Virus record (IMG/VR): IMGVR_UViG_3300020577_008610 | Span: 32,001-96,000 of that record | DNA length: 64,000 nucleotides | Reading direction: 5' to 3' (one strand) | From: a virus | Taxonomy: Duplodnaviria; Caudoviricetes | In this document: positions 9,376-20,557 of the stretch, in pieces | Position numbering within the stretch: position 1 is the stretch's first letter | Layout of the letters: each line of letters begins with the position of its first letter | Program-made: the position numbers and the translations under genes | Notes under the pieces: generated by a model | Databases searched by the model: none | What the model was told of the DNA's origin: nothing | What the model saw: the letters and a program-made list of their open reading frames with translations, nothing else

Positions 9376-10524
9376 CTAGAAGTCCAATCGCACTTTGAAG
9401 GCAATATCTCTCTCATCGTCCTTAAGCACAGGCCGGGAAAGCTTTGCAACAGCCAAGAGATTGTCCAGAGCGTCATACAGGCCAATTCCGGTGATGAAGA
9501 CAAAGCTTCGCTGGGACTCCTCTTGACCCTCATCGATCACCACAATCCTGCTGTCCGTGTCCGTGTAGGTAGGATTGCTGGAATAGTTGAACTCGTCCGC
9601 AGCCGCCCGACAGAAAAACAGGGCACTGTTGATGTTGGTGATGTTCTGAAAGGTCATGGCCGTCTGTGTTGACCCCGAGAACCTTGTTGTAGCAATGTGG
9701 TCCACGATGTTGTCAATCGAGGCAGAAGCCAGGAACTGGTTGAACGAACCCGTGAACGGAACCTGCCCGGAAACGCTCATTCCATCAATGGTCCCTGTCA
9801 AGTAAGTGGTTGCCGTATTTTGAGCAGAGAAAATTTGACCCATATCCAGGACGGCGATTCCTCTGTCAATGAACAAAAGACCAACCTGTTTGCTCACATT
9901 GGCTGAATTCAGAATGGCCGAGACCTGGCCTCCGAAGCTCAGGCTTTTGTTAACGGAAGAGCTGAGGTCGGTATAGATAGCTCCGCTGGTTGCCTGAGAG
10001 GTTAGGAGGGTGCCAGTCTGGAAAAGTTGAACTGCAAAGGTTTCCCTCTTGATTTGATCACGAGAGAATAACCTCTTGAAGCAAATGAACAAAGCCTCGT
10101 TGATGACATTTGTGGTAGAATCCGAAGTGAAGCTGAACTGCTCATTTGCATTCCCAAGAAGAGAGCCCGCCATCTGTCGATAGAGATCAATCTTCTCACG
10201 CATCATTAAGGACTGTGAAGGGAAGGTGTATTTCCCATTTAAGTCAAGAACAGGGGAGGTTCCAGAAACAACAGCTGAGTTGACATGCAACCCAATGGTC
10301 ATGTCAAAAACAGGATTTGCCGTTTGGAGAGAAAAATCCTGATCAAAAACAGTCTGGAAAAGGGAACTGGTAACCCCAGGCCCCAAACCGCCTGTTACAA
10401 AAACTTGATACTTGCGTCTAGTGACAGACCCCGAGATGTCCTCCTGGATGACGTCAACCAACTGGTTGAGGAAAGACCGGGAGGTCTTGATGTCTTCAGC
10501 TCCGAATTCCTTGAAGGTTGCCAC
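9376..10524 (-). CDS. Virion baseplate/tail protein
   Basis: Structural-gene context; C-terminal FITGIGLYDALDNLLAVAKLSRP...KVRLDF module. Confidence 0.72.
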   Translation of the reverse strand: MATFKEFGAEDIKTSRSFLNQLVDVIQEDISGSVTRRKYQVFVTGGLGPGVTSSLFQTVFDQDFSLQTANPVFDMTIGLHVNSAVVSGTSPVLDLNGKYTFPSQSLMMREKIDLYRQMAGSLLGNANEQFSFTSDSTTNVINEALFICFKRLFSRDQIKRETFAVQLFQTGTLLTSQATSGAIYTDLSSSVNKSLSFGGQVSAILNSANVSKQVGLLFIDRGIAVLDMGQIFSAQNTATTYLTGTIDGMSVSGQVPFTGSFNQFLASASIDNIVDHIATTRFSGSTQTAMTFQNITNINSALFFCRAAADEFNYSSNPTYTDTDSRIVVIDEGQEESQRSFVFITGIGLYDALDNLLAVAKLSRPVLKDDERDIAFKVRLDF

Positions 10525-10541
10525 GTAATAACTCCTTGATT

Positions 10542-11333
10542 TTACTCTGTTTTTTGCTGTGCAATGTGTCTTAGCAAGAGCTGTTTGCCTCGTCCAGCAA
10601 ACGAATCAGTTGCTTCGTGACAAGGAATACATAGCGTTCTGCCATTCTTTGTATCCCACAGCGGTTTACACTTCACCGCATCTTCTACGCATTGAATTTT
10701 GTGGTCAAACAGCAAAATTGAGTACTGAACGAGATGATCAACTTGAAAAGGACCTCGTTGGATCCCGCACTCTTGACATGAGTAGCCATCTCTTTCAAAG
10801 CAGGCTCTTCTCCATTGTTTGTACTGAATAGTTTCTCGAATCTGCTTGTAGAGTGTGGTTACTCCACCATTCCAATTTGGGTTGTTTTCGCCCTTCATGT
10901 CCTCTCGGGTTTGACCGTAAAGAGGATGATTGCTGCCAGCGTACTTGCCCACTCTGGCTTCTGATATCTTCCGTTTGGACTCTTCCGACATCTTCTTGCC
11001 TTGGCGAACTTTTCTCATCTTGGCTTTGGTGACTTCAGAGTGACATTTGCCTGTCATAGTTGGCCGAATGGCTGCCAATCGTACCTTTTCTTCTTCTGAA
11101 ACACCATTGAGGCGGCGTTCCTCATTGGCTTTGATGACATTCTGAATCACTTTGGTTTTGTGCTCTTCCGAAAGTCTGCGACCAGTAAGGGCTTGCGAGA
11201 CAGAACGAGTGGGAATCCCAAACTTACGAAGGTAATTTTGGATCGTAGGCGTAGAGCACCCTGCCAGTTTGGCAATTACTGCCATTGACAGACCTTCCAC
11301 AAGGTACTTCTGGCTCAACCACTCGTATTCCAT
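10542..11333 (-). mobile_element. Free-standing HNH homing endonuclease gene (HTH + NUMOD3 + HNH)
   Basis: HTH N-terminus, HSEVTKAKM/MSEESKRKISE NUMOD3, RDGYSCQEC...VDH...NGRTLCIPCH. Confidence 0.87.
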
Positions 11334-11336
11334 GTT

Positions 11337-12056
11337 TTAGCTCAACTTATTGATTTGGACTTCGAATTCTTTGACGGCCCCAGACTGCACCCCAGAGATT
11401 CGAACGAATGTCGAGATGAGGTTCTTATTGAACTTGGCTCCGTAAATCTGGAACTGAGCCTCGGTGATGGCCTTCACCCCAATCGTGAAAGTTACCTGAG
11501 AGCCGCCTACCGAGTTCTCCGTGGTATCACGGGATAGAATGTAGGTCGCCCTTTGCTGTACGTCAATATTATCAGCAGCACGGGAAAGCACCTGGACAAA
11601 TTTGTTGTCCATGTCCAGGATAAAAGCTTGGTCCCGAAGCTCCACATCAATTGTGGTCTCGCCACCTCCGATAGACTGCTGTACTGTGATTTGACGAGTC
11701 TTGTTGGTCGTTGTACCAATCGACACTGTGTTATTCGTGGAATCAATACCGAGACCACCAGCCAGAGCCAAGTTGGGAAGTCGAATCAGGTTTGGGTTCG
11801 ACAGAGACACACACCGATTCTTCATGGCATAGGCCCCATTGGTCAGTGCCTCAAAAATCGGAGTGTTCTTCTCAATTTTCTCTTTGCCAACCGTACGGCC
11901 AAACTGTTGGATAATCGTGTAGTCTACCTCATCATCCCCAGGAGCCCACTTGATAATGGAAAAACTTCCATCGTTCCGAGCCAGAAGTTGACGACCCGTA
12001 TCAGTCAGGGCAGCGTCCAGGATGATGTTGTTCGTGTCTTGCTGTAGAAAACCCAT
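11337..12056 (-). CDS. Virion baseplate/tail protein
   Basis: MGFL...LDAALTDTGRQLLA N-terminus shared with 20558-21574; structural context. Confidence 0.7.
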   Translation of the reverse strand: MGFLQQDTNNIILDAALTDTGRQLLARNDGSFSIIKWAPGDDEVDYTIIQQFGRTVGKEKIEKNTPIFEALTNGAYAMKNRCVSLSNPNLIRLPNLALAGGLGIDSTNNTVSIGTTTNKTRQITVQQSIGGGETTIDVELRDQAFILDMDNKFVQVLSRAADNIDVQQRATYILSRDTTENSVGGSQVTFTIGVKAITEAQFQIYGAKFNKNLISTFVRISGVQSGAVKEFEVQINKLS

Positions 12057-12089
12057 TGCTCACCTTATCGCAGCTTTGCTGCTCTGTGC

Positions 12090-12096
12090 TAATTAG
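12090..12096 (-). promoter_or_regulatory. Putative late promoter CTAATTA
   Basis: Motif 34 nt upstream of the 12056 start. Confidence 0.45.
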
Positions 12097-13931
12097 AAAG
12101 GTCTTCCTGTTCTCACGCCAGGAAGAGAATTTGAAACTGCTGCTGGATCGGTAACATTTTTTACGGTAGGGACGCTCGTAAGCCGAACGTCCTGCAAGGT
12201 AATATCCACACTTGCTTGAGTTTGGAGGTCAACGTTGATGAGCTGAAGGCGGTACTTGCCATTGAGTCGGTTCGTCTTTAAAAGACCCAAATCTGCCCCA
12301 AGTCCATCCAGCAATGTCAAATACTCTGGGTTAAAAACCACTCGTATATTTGTGTGGTCCGAATCCTTCATTGTATCCACGAACGTATCAGCGTTCAGGT
12401 AAGCATTTGGATACTGTTTTGGGGCTCCGGAAACAGAAACCAACTTCTTGACAAGCCTATTGGCAAAACGGTCGAAAGAAACCTGCAGTTGCAGAGAGTA
12501 GTTCGAGGTCAGTCCGTGGGCATCAATTGCAGCTACAGCGTAGATATAGTTCGAGTCCTTCCCGAACTCATGATCCATATAGAAGCCGACAAAACTAGAG
12601 GTTCTCTCTACCAGCTCGGGAAGGGGATATTCGCTCAGCTCAATTTTTGTGTTGGTGTTGTTGAAGTCCCACATCTTAATGAGCTGGAAAGGGTCTGCTA
12701 TGCTTTTCCGGCGAAAGAGTTGGATGTACTTGATGTCTTGCTGCGGGTTGACCGGTAGATTCCAGGTGCAACGAAGAGCTCTCTCTCCATAGTCCCAGGC
12801 AACGTTGAAGTCAGCGGGAGGGGGAGGTGGAACCATTTCAACAGTGTTGACCTTAACTTCCGGAGTGAATTTACTTCCCACCAAGAAAGAAACCAGAAGG
12901 TTCTGCTTTGACTTCACATCCACAGCTCTAGCTTCCACCAAGTAGACAGCCCGAATGCGGTAGAAGTAGGAAGAGTTGTATTTTACCTGTCCGTCGAAAG
13001 TAACAGCCGTCCTGGGGTCCTCAATGATGATTTGAGGATGTATCTCGATTGAGCTATCCGACTTGATCTCCTTCTTCTCAATAATATAGCCAAGGCTATG
13101 GACGACCGGCGCATAACCGTTAGTGTCGGCCGATCTGTACCCCACATAAGACAATACCTCAAACTCGTAATCCAGCGGGGACATCAGATTGGAGTTGGCG
13201 TTGGTCACTGCTATGTCCTGAATGTGCTGAATGTCATTTAAGAATGTTCTAGCACTCAACTCATCAGAGAAAATACCAACCGAGTCGGCTCGAACGGTGT
13301 TGACCACAGGTACAAGAAGACGGTTGTTTACCCTAGCACTCAAAGCCACCTTCTGAATTCTATCTGTAATCGCCAAGGCTGCCTCTCGCTGATTGGAGAA
13401 GGTTACTCCTTGCCGTGTGAGATCCGAAATTATTTCGGCCAGGAATTGAGCTGATACTTGGTCGGGCGTGTTATTGTTGATCAGCCTAATAAGCTCATTT
13501 GCGGACTGAGTGTTGTTGAAGTCCGGCAAAAGTTTTGCTAGTTGGTCCACAAAAAACTTCAACTTCAGGTCCACTCCAGTGTCCTGGTAATTGAAAGTGG
13601 TATAATCCCTGTTGGTAAAGGTCTCTTCGGAATGTAGCTTTTCCAGGTTAGCTCGAATAGAGACCGTTCCTCTGGCCATGTTGGTATCCGCATTGATAAC
13701 AATGGGTTTCCATTGGAGCTTCACAAGCCTTGGAAGCCTCCTGGTTCTAGACACATAGGAAGCATCAAAAGTTTCCGATGGAAGCTGCTTCTCAGCAGCC
13801 TGGGAGGAGCCAAGGCCGTTTTCGAACTCATCGGCTGTCCAGTAGAAGTACTGGAATTCGGCATCAAGAGTTTCCACCTCTGGCACATCCAGGAGGGCAA
13901 CATTTTTGGAAGGTAATGATTCAATTCCCAT
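12093..13931 (-). CDS. Putative virion protein with FN3/Ig-like beta-sandwich repeats
   Basis: 612 aa; YFYRIRAVY and YIYAVAAIDAHG FN3-like strands. Confidence 0.65.
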   Translation of the reverse strand: MGIESLPSKNVALLDVPEVETLDAEFQYFYWTADEFENGLGSSQAAEKQLPSETFDASYVSRTRRLPRLVKLQWKPIVINADTNMARGTVSIRANLEKLHSEETFTNRDYTTFNYQDTGVDLKLKFFVDQLAKLLPDFNNTQSANELIRLINNNTPDQVSAQFLAEIISDLTRQGVTFSNQREAALAITDRIQKVALSARVNNRLLVPVVNTVRADSVGIFSDELSARTFLNDIQHIQDIAVTNANSNLMSPLDYEFEVLSYVGYRSADTNGYAPVVHSLGYIIEKKEIKSDSSIEIHPQIIIEDPRTAVTFDGQVKYNSSYFYRIRAVYLVEARAVDVKSKQNLLVSFLVGSKFTPEVKVNTVEMVPPPPPADFNVAWDYGERALRCTWNLPVNPQQDIKYIQLFRRKSIADPFQLIKMWDFNNTNTKIELSEYPLPELVERTSSFVGFYMDHEFGKDSNYIYAVAAIDAHGLTSNYSLQLQVSFDRFANRLVKKLVSVSGAPKQYPNAYLNADTFVDTMKDSDHTNIRVVFNPEYLTLLDGLGADLGLLKTNRLNGKYRLQLINVDLQTQASVDITLQDVRLTSVPTVKNVTDPAAVSNSLPGVRTGRPF

Positions 13932-16900
13932 TATTCCACCAACTCAATCGTCACAAAGTAATCCTCGAAAATGGTGTCTTTGTGTGTTCTTGGAGCAAGT
14001 TTGTAAACTCCAGCAGCTAGGGCATTCCTATCCAACATTTCTTGAAAGAAGGTCTTTTCCAAGAAATCCCGCCCGCTTTCAGCGGCAGTTGTTTGTTGAT
14101 AGTCAATCTCGAAGTCATCTACGTTCACTGGGATGGTGAATATCCTCTCAAAAATCTTTGGAGAAAGCATGGCCGCCAAAGCATTCTCCAATTTGAAGGC
14201 GATGTTCCCAAAGGTCAAAAGCCGCAAAAGGTCTTTAGTTGTTTGATCTACCTGCTGGCTTACCAGCATCTCCTTAATCGGAATGTCAGGCAGAGGGGAC
14301 AAAGAAGGATTATTTTGAATATCGGCTGTTCGCTTGGCAAGGAGATATTTCCGAACCAACTCAGAGAACTGTGGAGAGAGGTCCGTGCCGTCCCCAACCG
14401 ATAATCTCTGGTAGGTCTGGCTTTGCTGATTGACAAAGGTGGACTCGGCGAGTTCCATTGTGGTTAGGAACTGCACATACGAAGCAAACAGGTCACTCAG
14501 AACGTGATTTTCCACCATAGCTCTCTTGAGAAGAGGGTCTGGAATGAAGGCGTAACGTTCGCTATTTGCCACATCCTGCAATGTAATCGTTGTTGGATGC
14601 GAGAAGTTCTGGTAGTCCAAAAGGGTAATCCTCTGGAGTACTCGGTCAAAGTTCTCGTTGGCACTGATCCTCAGGTTCTTGTAACCGTTAGGGAACAAAG
14701 AAAGATCAAAGATGTATTTCCGTGGTTTGAAGACAAGTTGAGGGAACTCCAAGCTCCGCTTATAAACATTGACCGTAACCACATCAAATTCCTTCTTGCG
14801 CAAGAAGGTGGTTGAGACGATGTTGTTGCCATTGATCCTCTCAACCAAGTTTTTACTGAACCCTGCTGGAATGCCAACAGTCAGGAGACGATACCGGAAA
14901 GCAGCATCGTTGGTGTCTCGGAAAGAGTCGCGGCCCAAGAGGCTCAAGAGAGCTGCTCGGGTATCTGTGTCGGTTGGAGACCCTGGGATAAATTGCAACC
15001 CCTGGGTGTTTGAAGCCAGTTGTCGAACATACTCATATCGCTGTCTGAGCAAGATCCTCACTTGAGCGGGATCCAGGTTTTGTCCAATATCCTGAATACT
15101 TGTGGCATTCAAAGAGGCTAAACTGTTCAAGGTTTGCTGGGTGAAATAGTTGCTAGCCAAGTCAAGGGCGCTTCGCAACCTTCTTTTGATCACCTGCAAG
15201 ATGTGCATCACACATGCCAAAGAAAAGTCTTCCTGGAACAGTTTGTGCGAGATGGAGTTGAGACTAGCATCAATGGCATGGGCATCCAGCAGGTCTTGCG
15301 GATTGACTGTTGGTGTTACATTCCTCAAAGCCAAAGCGGTCGCATCGGTGAACCTGGAACCAGCAGTAGCAAACTGCCCAGCCAAGATTGACTGGTTGTT
15401 ACTCACTCCGGTCTGAACGGCTCCTGGCGAAACTCCAAGCAGAGTCGCCGTCCTGGCTGTTTGATCCACAACGTGCTGCGTTGCTGCGGAGTGATGACTT
15501 TGGGCCAACCTCTGGGTTTGGGAGGTGGTGGAGGATGTCCTTGGGGCACTGTTAGTGCCAGGATCCACCTCAATGATTGGCAATGGGGGCTGGGTTTCAG
15601 CAATTATGCTCTGAAGGGAATTGTAGGTTCTGGCATTGAAGTTCGTGTCTATGACAACGTTGGGAATATTGTAATTGTCGGTGGAGTTCTGAAAATCACC
15701 ACCAACATAACGACAAATGAGTTGCAGAAATGCTTCGAATGCCAGCAATGCCAATGTAGACCCAGAAAGACTGTGATACCGAGTCCTTCTGGAGGAGTCC
15801 ATGATGTTGTTAACCTCATTCCCCAAAATGGCATCCAGCTTGATAAAGAATGCAGCAAACCCTTCAATAAGTCGAGAACGTTGCAATTCTCCTGCAAATC
15901 CGTAAGAAGTGTCTATGTCACATCCAACAACGGCTAATCCAGTTGCAGGGTCAGGCTGCCTAGTTGTTGTTTGAGCATTGGCTCCATCTCCTGTAATGGT
16001 TCTTTGATTGACGAGCTCAATAATCTTGGCTTGAATGGTTTGAGCCAATCCTGTAATGTACGGGAATAAGCTGCGTTGATCATATAGGTTAGGTCGAACA
16101 GCATTGCGATTGAGAGATACACCGCTTAGATTTCGAATGTCACGATTCAAATCCTCAATGATGCTAAGAACAAAAAAAGTCGTTCTGGAAGCTGCAGTAT
16201 CAGTATCTGCTGCTACTATTCGTAACAACAGGTACTGAAACAACAAAGCTTTAAGTTCTGGATTGTTGGCGGCCAATTTGAATGTTGCAACAGCAACAGC
16301 TTCGGAAGTGCTCAAACCGAGAGCTTGATTTTGAAGCGAAGTAAACATATCCGAAGCACTCAAGAAACGAATGGAATGCTCCAATGGCTCTAGGATGAGT
16401 TTGAACAAACTCATCGGACTGATAGGAGACACTTCGGTGCCGTAGTCAAAGATGGAACTAATCACATCCGTGGCATTATCCACAGTTTCCATGTATTTCG
16501 AAACGTAGCTCCTCAAAGGCTCTATGTTGAAACCACTCAGGGTTTCAACATTCAGAATGGAGTCTACAAAGAAGACACTCCCTGGGATGTAGGTCTTTCG
16601 ACTGGTGCTATTGGTGTCGATATATTTCGTCTCAAAAGGTAGAACGGCTGAGTTGTCGGTGTTGTTGATGACCGTCAAATTTGCAATAGACCCAGGACCC
16701 GTGACAGGATCGAAAATGGTGTTTCCGACACCTCCGATGATGTTGTCAAATGGAGACCCATCCGTGGTAGCGGCATTGAACTTCTGTTGCAGGCTATTCT
16801 GAACGGTTAAACGACCCAACCCCCTGGACACCCTCAGCTCCTTCGATAGCATGTTGACCAGGAGTTTAATCCGGTCATCCGGAGATTGCGGCAATGAAGA

Positions 16901-17965
16901 GTTGAAACGATTGAAGAACTCCTGTTCAGCAGCATTCTGCGGTTGGTTAAAGGACCGAATTGTGTCATAGGTGAAACTAAACCCAGCACGAGTGTTGTAG
17001 GTCTTGTCAATTGAGATAGGACTTGTGAGAGCTACTCCCCCTGCCTGACGGTCTGGATCACTCAGACTTAGGAGATTCATGGAATATCCCTCTGCAATAC
17101 TCCTGGCGTCAAAAAGGAGCTGCATCAGAATCTTGGTTCCAGAGAATTGATTGAACACATCAGCTGGAAACATCATAAACGTCTGATAGAAATCACGAAG
17201 TGTTCGATAATTCCGCAAGTCGAAGTTGTTCGAGGGAATGTCTTTTACGTCGAAACCATTCTTCATAGTTTCAATCGTCTGCATAGTGTTGTTGTAAAAG
17301 TCAGCAGCAGCATTTACCCTCTGGAAGCCTCCAACAAAAGCCATCTGGAGGTTACTTAGTTCATTCCTTTGGTCTGTCTGTTGAATACCAGACATCAGCT
17401 GGAAGAAGGTCTGTTCCCGAAGGTGTCGAGCTTGATACTGAACATCCATAAGAAGTCCCACGTCATTCAAGTCCAGAGTGGTTCCGAAATACACAGGTTC
17501 GAAATCCATTAAGGAAATGATTTCCGGGCGAAGGACACTGATTCCATGAAGGTTGGCCTGCTGGAAGGTTCCATTGGAAAAATTCATCCTGGAAAGAGAT
17601 AACGTTTCTTCATTTGGCTTTCTCTGGTTCAGCAAAATGGAAGGAATGATTCGAATGGGGGTATTGCCGGTGATTGGCCGAACTTGAACTGTGTTGAGAG
17701 CCTTTGGAATGATGCCTTGGACAGCCCTAGAGATATTGCCGGCAATGACATCATTTACAGCAATAGGAAGCTGAGGAGTTGTACCTGCCCTGAGAGCGGC
17801 TGCCACAGCAGGAGGAGCTACGGCTGGGACAATGGGAGAAACAACCCGGGGAACAGGGAATGTAGAAGGGGCCACAAAAGGAACCGGCTGGGTGGCAAGT
17901 CCTCCAAGCTGGAGAGTTCCTCCGCGAACGCCAATGCCAGTCGTACTGGTTGTTTTCGTTGCCAT
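13931..17965 (-). CDS. Large putative virion protein (1344 aa), function unknown
   Basis: Long ORF coupled within the structural operon; no catalytic motif recognised. Confidence 0.65.
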   Translation of the reverse strand: MATKTTSTTGIGVRGGTLQLGGLATQPVPFVAPSTFPVPRVVSPIVPAVAPPAVAAALRAGTTPQLPIAVNDVIAGNISRAVQGIIPKALNTVQVRPITGNTPIRIIPSILLNQRKPNEETLSLSRMNFSNGTFQQANLHGISVLRPEIISLMDFEPVYFGTTLDLNDVGLLMDVQYQARHLREQTFFQLMSGIQQTDQRNELSNLQMAFVGGFQRVNAAADFYNNTMQTIETMKNGFDVKDIPSNNFDLRNYRTLRDFYQTFMMFPADVFNQFSGTKILMQLLFDARSIAEGYSMNLLSLSDPDRQAGGVALTSPISIDKTYNTRAGFSFTYDTIRSFNQPQNAAEQEFFNRFNSSLPQSPDDRIKLLVNMLSKELRVSRGLGRLTVQNSLQQKFNAATTDGSPFDNIIGGVGNTIFDPVTGPGSIANLTVINNTDNSAVLPFETKYIDTNSTSRKTYIPGSVFFVDSILNVETLSGFNIEPLRSYVSKYMETVDNATDVISSIFDYGTEVSPISPMSLFKLILEPLEHSIRFLSASDMFTSLQNQALGLSTSEAVAVATFKLAANNPELKALLFQYLLLRIVAADTDTAASRTTFFVLSIIEDLNRDIRNLSGVSLNRNAVRPNLYDQRSLFPYITGLAQTIQAKIIELVNQRTITGDGANAQTTTRQPDPATGLAVVGCDIDTSYGFAGELQRSRLIEGFAAFFIKLDAILGNEVNNIMDSSRRTRYHSLSGSTLALLAFEAFLQLICRYVGGDFQNSTDNYNIPNVVIDTNFNARTYNSLQSIIAETQPPLPIIEVDPGTNSAPRTSSTTSQTQRLAQSHHSAATQHVVDQTARTATLLGVSPGAVQTGVSNNQSILAGQFATAGSRFTDATALALRNVTPTVNPQDLLDAHAIDASLNSISHKLFQEDFSLACVMHILQVIKRRLRSALDLASNYFTQQTLNSLASLNATSIQDIGQNLDPAQVRILLRQRYEYVRQLASNTQGLQFIPGSPTDTDTRAALLSLLGRDSFRDTNDAAFRYRLLTVGIPAGFSKNLVERINGNNIVSTTFLRKKEFDVVTVNVYKRSLEFPQLVFKPRKYIFDLSLFPNGYKNLRISANENFDRVLQRITLLDYQNFSHPTTITLQDVANSERYAFIPDPLLKRAMVENHVLSDLFASYVQFLTTMELAESTFVNQQSQTYQRLSVGDGTDLSPQFSELVRKYLLAKRTADIQNNPSLSPLPDIPIKEMLVSQQVDQTTKDLLRLLTFGNIAFKLENALAAMLSPKIFERIFTIPVNVDDFEIDYQQTTAAESGRDFLEKTFFQEMLDRNALAAGVYKLAPRTHKDTIFEDYFVTIELVE

Positions 17966-17968
17966 ATG

Positions 17969-20551
17969 TTATCTCAACTTCTTCGTGATTGTCTGTGAAC
18001 TCTTGGTGGCAGGGCCATGCGACAAGTCATGCAACACGGGTATTACATGGTAGGTAACTGCTGTTTCTAAAGCTTGGTTTACCAATCCCGACAAAGGCAG
18101 ATTCCGTGCTGGATTAGCCCGAGTCACTTCGGGCAGTGATGGAGTGTCGATAAACTGAAGACTCCGTGTATCCGTAAGAGCGTGCACTTTTCCAGCCAAA
18201 GTCCTCATTCCCATCTCCTCTTTCATAACCAAAAAGTGGTCAATCTGCTTTGGATTACCCTTCAACTCCCACTGCAACAATACTTTGCCTTTACCAAGAG
18301 GAGAAACAGTGGCTTTCTGTACTGCAGGAACGGGTAATGTCAAAGAAATTCTGATATGCAAGATGTCCCCCACTGTTCCGAAAGTGAAGTCCGTGCTAGC
18401 ATGATTTCTCTTCAGAGAGGTGGTGCTCACTAGGTTGCCGTCACGTAATGTTACTGGGTGCTGCCACTTGGATGGAGCATAGGAGTACGTCCGATCCGGA
18501 TTGCTTGAGTTGGTTACCGTAGCGGTAAAGGTAGAAATGAGGCTTTGAGCACTCCGGAAGTGAGTGTTGATGGTATACTCATAGGCGTGCCCAACCTGAA
18601 CTTTTTTCACTCCTAAGTTGTGCCCAACCGCATTATCGGAAAAGTCTTTTCCGATGAAGACACCCATATCCTCAATTTCGCCAGTGGTCAAGTTGGTTCG
18701 CTTAATCTGATAGGCAATTAAGTTCTGGAGCTGATCTCGATTCTGAATGATGTCGCTCTGGTAAAATCCTAGGATCCCTTGTTGTTCCATGGCCTTTTTG
18801 ACTTGATCCATCTTTCCTTCTGTGACCGCAGATGAAAGACTGAAAACCACATCAAGCTCATTTCCTACATTTGCAGCTTTGATGGGCGTTGAAGTTGTCG
18901 TGATGACATTGTTAACAATGGGGTTGAACTGGATGTGCGAACTGGAAGAAGACCAGAATTCCGTACCATCCCGGAAGGTCAGTTTGACCCTGTAGTCATA
19001 GATCCTTTGGTCCACGGGAGCAGTGTCGGTAACATAGAACCGTGAATTCGGAGTTGGAAGTTTTTGGATGTACACAGCATTTCCAACCTGAGTGGCTTCG
19101 GACAACTTCTCATGCCGGGTCAAGTCCAACCGAAAAACCTTCATGGTCAGAACACCTGGGGGAGGGTCGTTCAGCTCAATCTGGATCGTTTTGCCCAACA
19201 CCTTCGTGCTGATGGAAATGAACAGCTTCTTCTGCTGTGCATGAGACCGAACCATGTGAGCTCGTTGCGGAGGGTTTACCACCACAGAGGCAAAATCATG
19301 GGATTTCAGTTCGGATCGGTTATAAGTCACCACCCGATAAATGACAGGCTGCATCCCAGGATTAAGATCATTGTACCACTTGGAACCATCCTGCGTTCGA
19401 AGAGGCATCTTAGCAATTTGCACAAAATCAGCCTCCGTTGTAGCTGAGTGTGTATTCAAAATCTTTCGGTAGATGAACACCCCTGCTCCATTCGGGTCAA
19501 CTTGCTTCAGCTCCAGTCGATTATATCCAGTGCAGCAAGTGGCAGACACAAAAGGCAACTGGACTGGCAGGGTGAATACAGAGAGGTTCCGAGCGTGATG
19601 CACTACAGTCGAGATACTCTCTGTTTCCACGCCATTGACGTCCTGAAGCTCGAAAATCAAGTAAAACTGGTCACCCACTGCACTCACATCCAAGTAAAGG
19701 TCTTCCTCAATGGTCACGATGTTGGTATTCTCCTCAACCTGGACGTGGGCGTAGTCATTGTTAGAGAGCCCAAGCTGGTTTGAGGGCTTCCCTTGAGAAT
19801 CCCCAAGAATGGTATTCAGAATGCCAAAAGCTGGCTTTACAGCCCCAACAGGGCTTCCGATCACAACTTCCCGAGCAGACCCCCTTGGGCGCTGAAGAAC
19901 GCCCGCATAAGCCTTCTCTGCGTCAACAACCTGGGTTGTTTTGTTGCCCATCTGGGCAGGGTCAATCCCGTGCTTTAGGATGAGATCGAATCCGTATTCT
20001 TGCGGGGGCTGAAGAGAAACGATTTCATTGATTGTTGGTTGGAACAGCGGTGTTTGAAAAATTGGTTGAGACACATTCCGGACTGTGAGATCAAAAGCCT
20101 TGACAAGTTTGAAGCCACGCTTCCGGAACAGGTATTTTTCGGCTGTAAGTTTGGCATCGTCATAGTTTTTGAAGGTCTTCTGAACCTTGGTTGGCTTTAG
20201 CTCTTTAGTTTTGTCGTTCGGGATCTTCGAGGTGATGTCGCTGGTTACAGTGGCGATTAAGTTTTTGAGAAAAGCACGGTTCATCTCCGTGCTTTCTGCC
20301 TGTCGAGTAAGCAGGTTCTTAATGACTTCCTGGGAATTCAACTGAGTGAAACCTGGCACATCCTTCACGTCCGGAGGTTGCAAAGAGGCATGGATTTTCA
20401 CAAGAAATGCATTCTCTTTAACGGCCCTGGGTATGTCCACATTGTACTTTATGGCATACCGAAAGCGACCTTCCTTGGTGATGTCTTCCAGAACAGCGAA
20501 ATCATTGGGAAGGGTGATGATACCATCCTGACGGTTAATGTTGATTCTCAT
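17969..20551 (-). CDS. Putative virion protein with FN3-like repeats (860 aa)
   Basis: Repeated YRVVTY/YDYRVK/YEYTIN/YHVIPV FN3-like strands; operon context. Confidence 0.62.
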   Translation of the reverse strand: MRININRQDGIITLPNDFAVLEDITKEGRFRYAIKYNVDIPRAVKENAFLVKIHASLQPPDVKDVPGFTQLNSQEVIKNLLTRQAESTEMNRAFLKNLIATVTSDITSKIPNDKTKELKPTKVQKTFKNYDDAKLTAEKYLFRKRGFKLVKAFDLTVRNVSQPIFQTPLFQPTINEIVSLQPPQEYGFDLILKHGIDPAQMGNKTTQVVDAEKAYAGVLQRPRGSAREVVIGSPVGAVKPAFGILNTILGDSQGKPSNQLGLSNNDYAHVQVEENTNIVTIEEDLYLDVSAVGDQFYLIFELQDVNGVETESISTVVHHARNLSVFTLPVQLPFVSATCCTGYNRLELKQVDPNGAGVFIYRKILNTHSATTEADFVQIAKMPLRTQDGSKWYNDLNPGMQPVIYRVVTYNRSELKSHDFASVVVNPPQRAHMVRSHAQQKKLFISISTKVLGKTIQIELNDPPPGVLTMKVFRLDLTRHEKLSEATQVGNAVYIQKLPTPNSRFYVTDTAPVDQRIYDYRVKLTFRDGTEFWSSSSSHIQFNPIVNNVITTTSTPIKAANVGNELDVVFSLSSAVTEGKMDQVKKAMEQQGILGFYQSDIIQNRDQLQNLIAYQIKRTNLTTGEIEDMGVFIGKDFSDNAVGHNLGVKKVQVGHAYEYTINTHFRSAQSLISTFTATVTNSSNPDRTYSYAPSKWQHPVTLRDGNLVSTTSLKRNHASTDFTFGTVGDILHIRISLTLPVPAVQKATVSPLGKGKVLLQWELKGNPKQIDHFLVMKEEMGMRTLAGKVHALTDTRSLQFIDTPSLPEVTRANPARNLPLSGLVNQALETAVTYHVIPVLHDLSHGPATKSSQTITKKLR

Positions 20552-20557
20552 TGATGC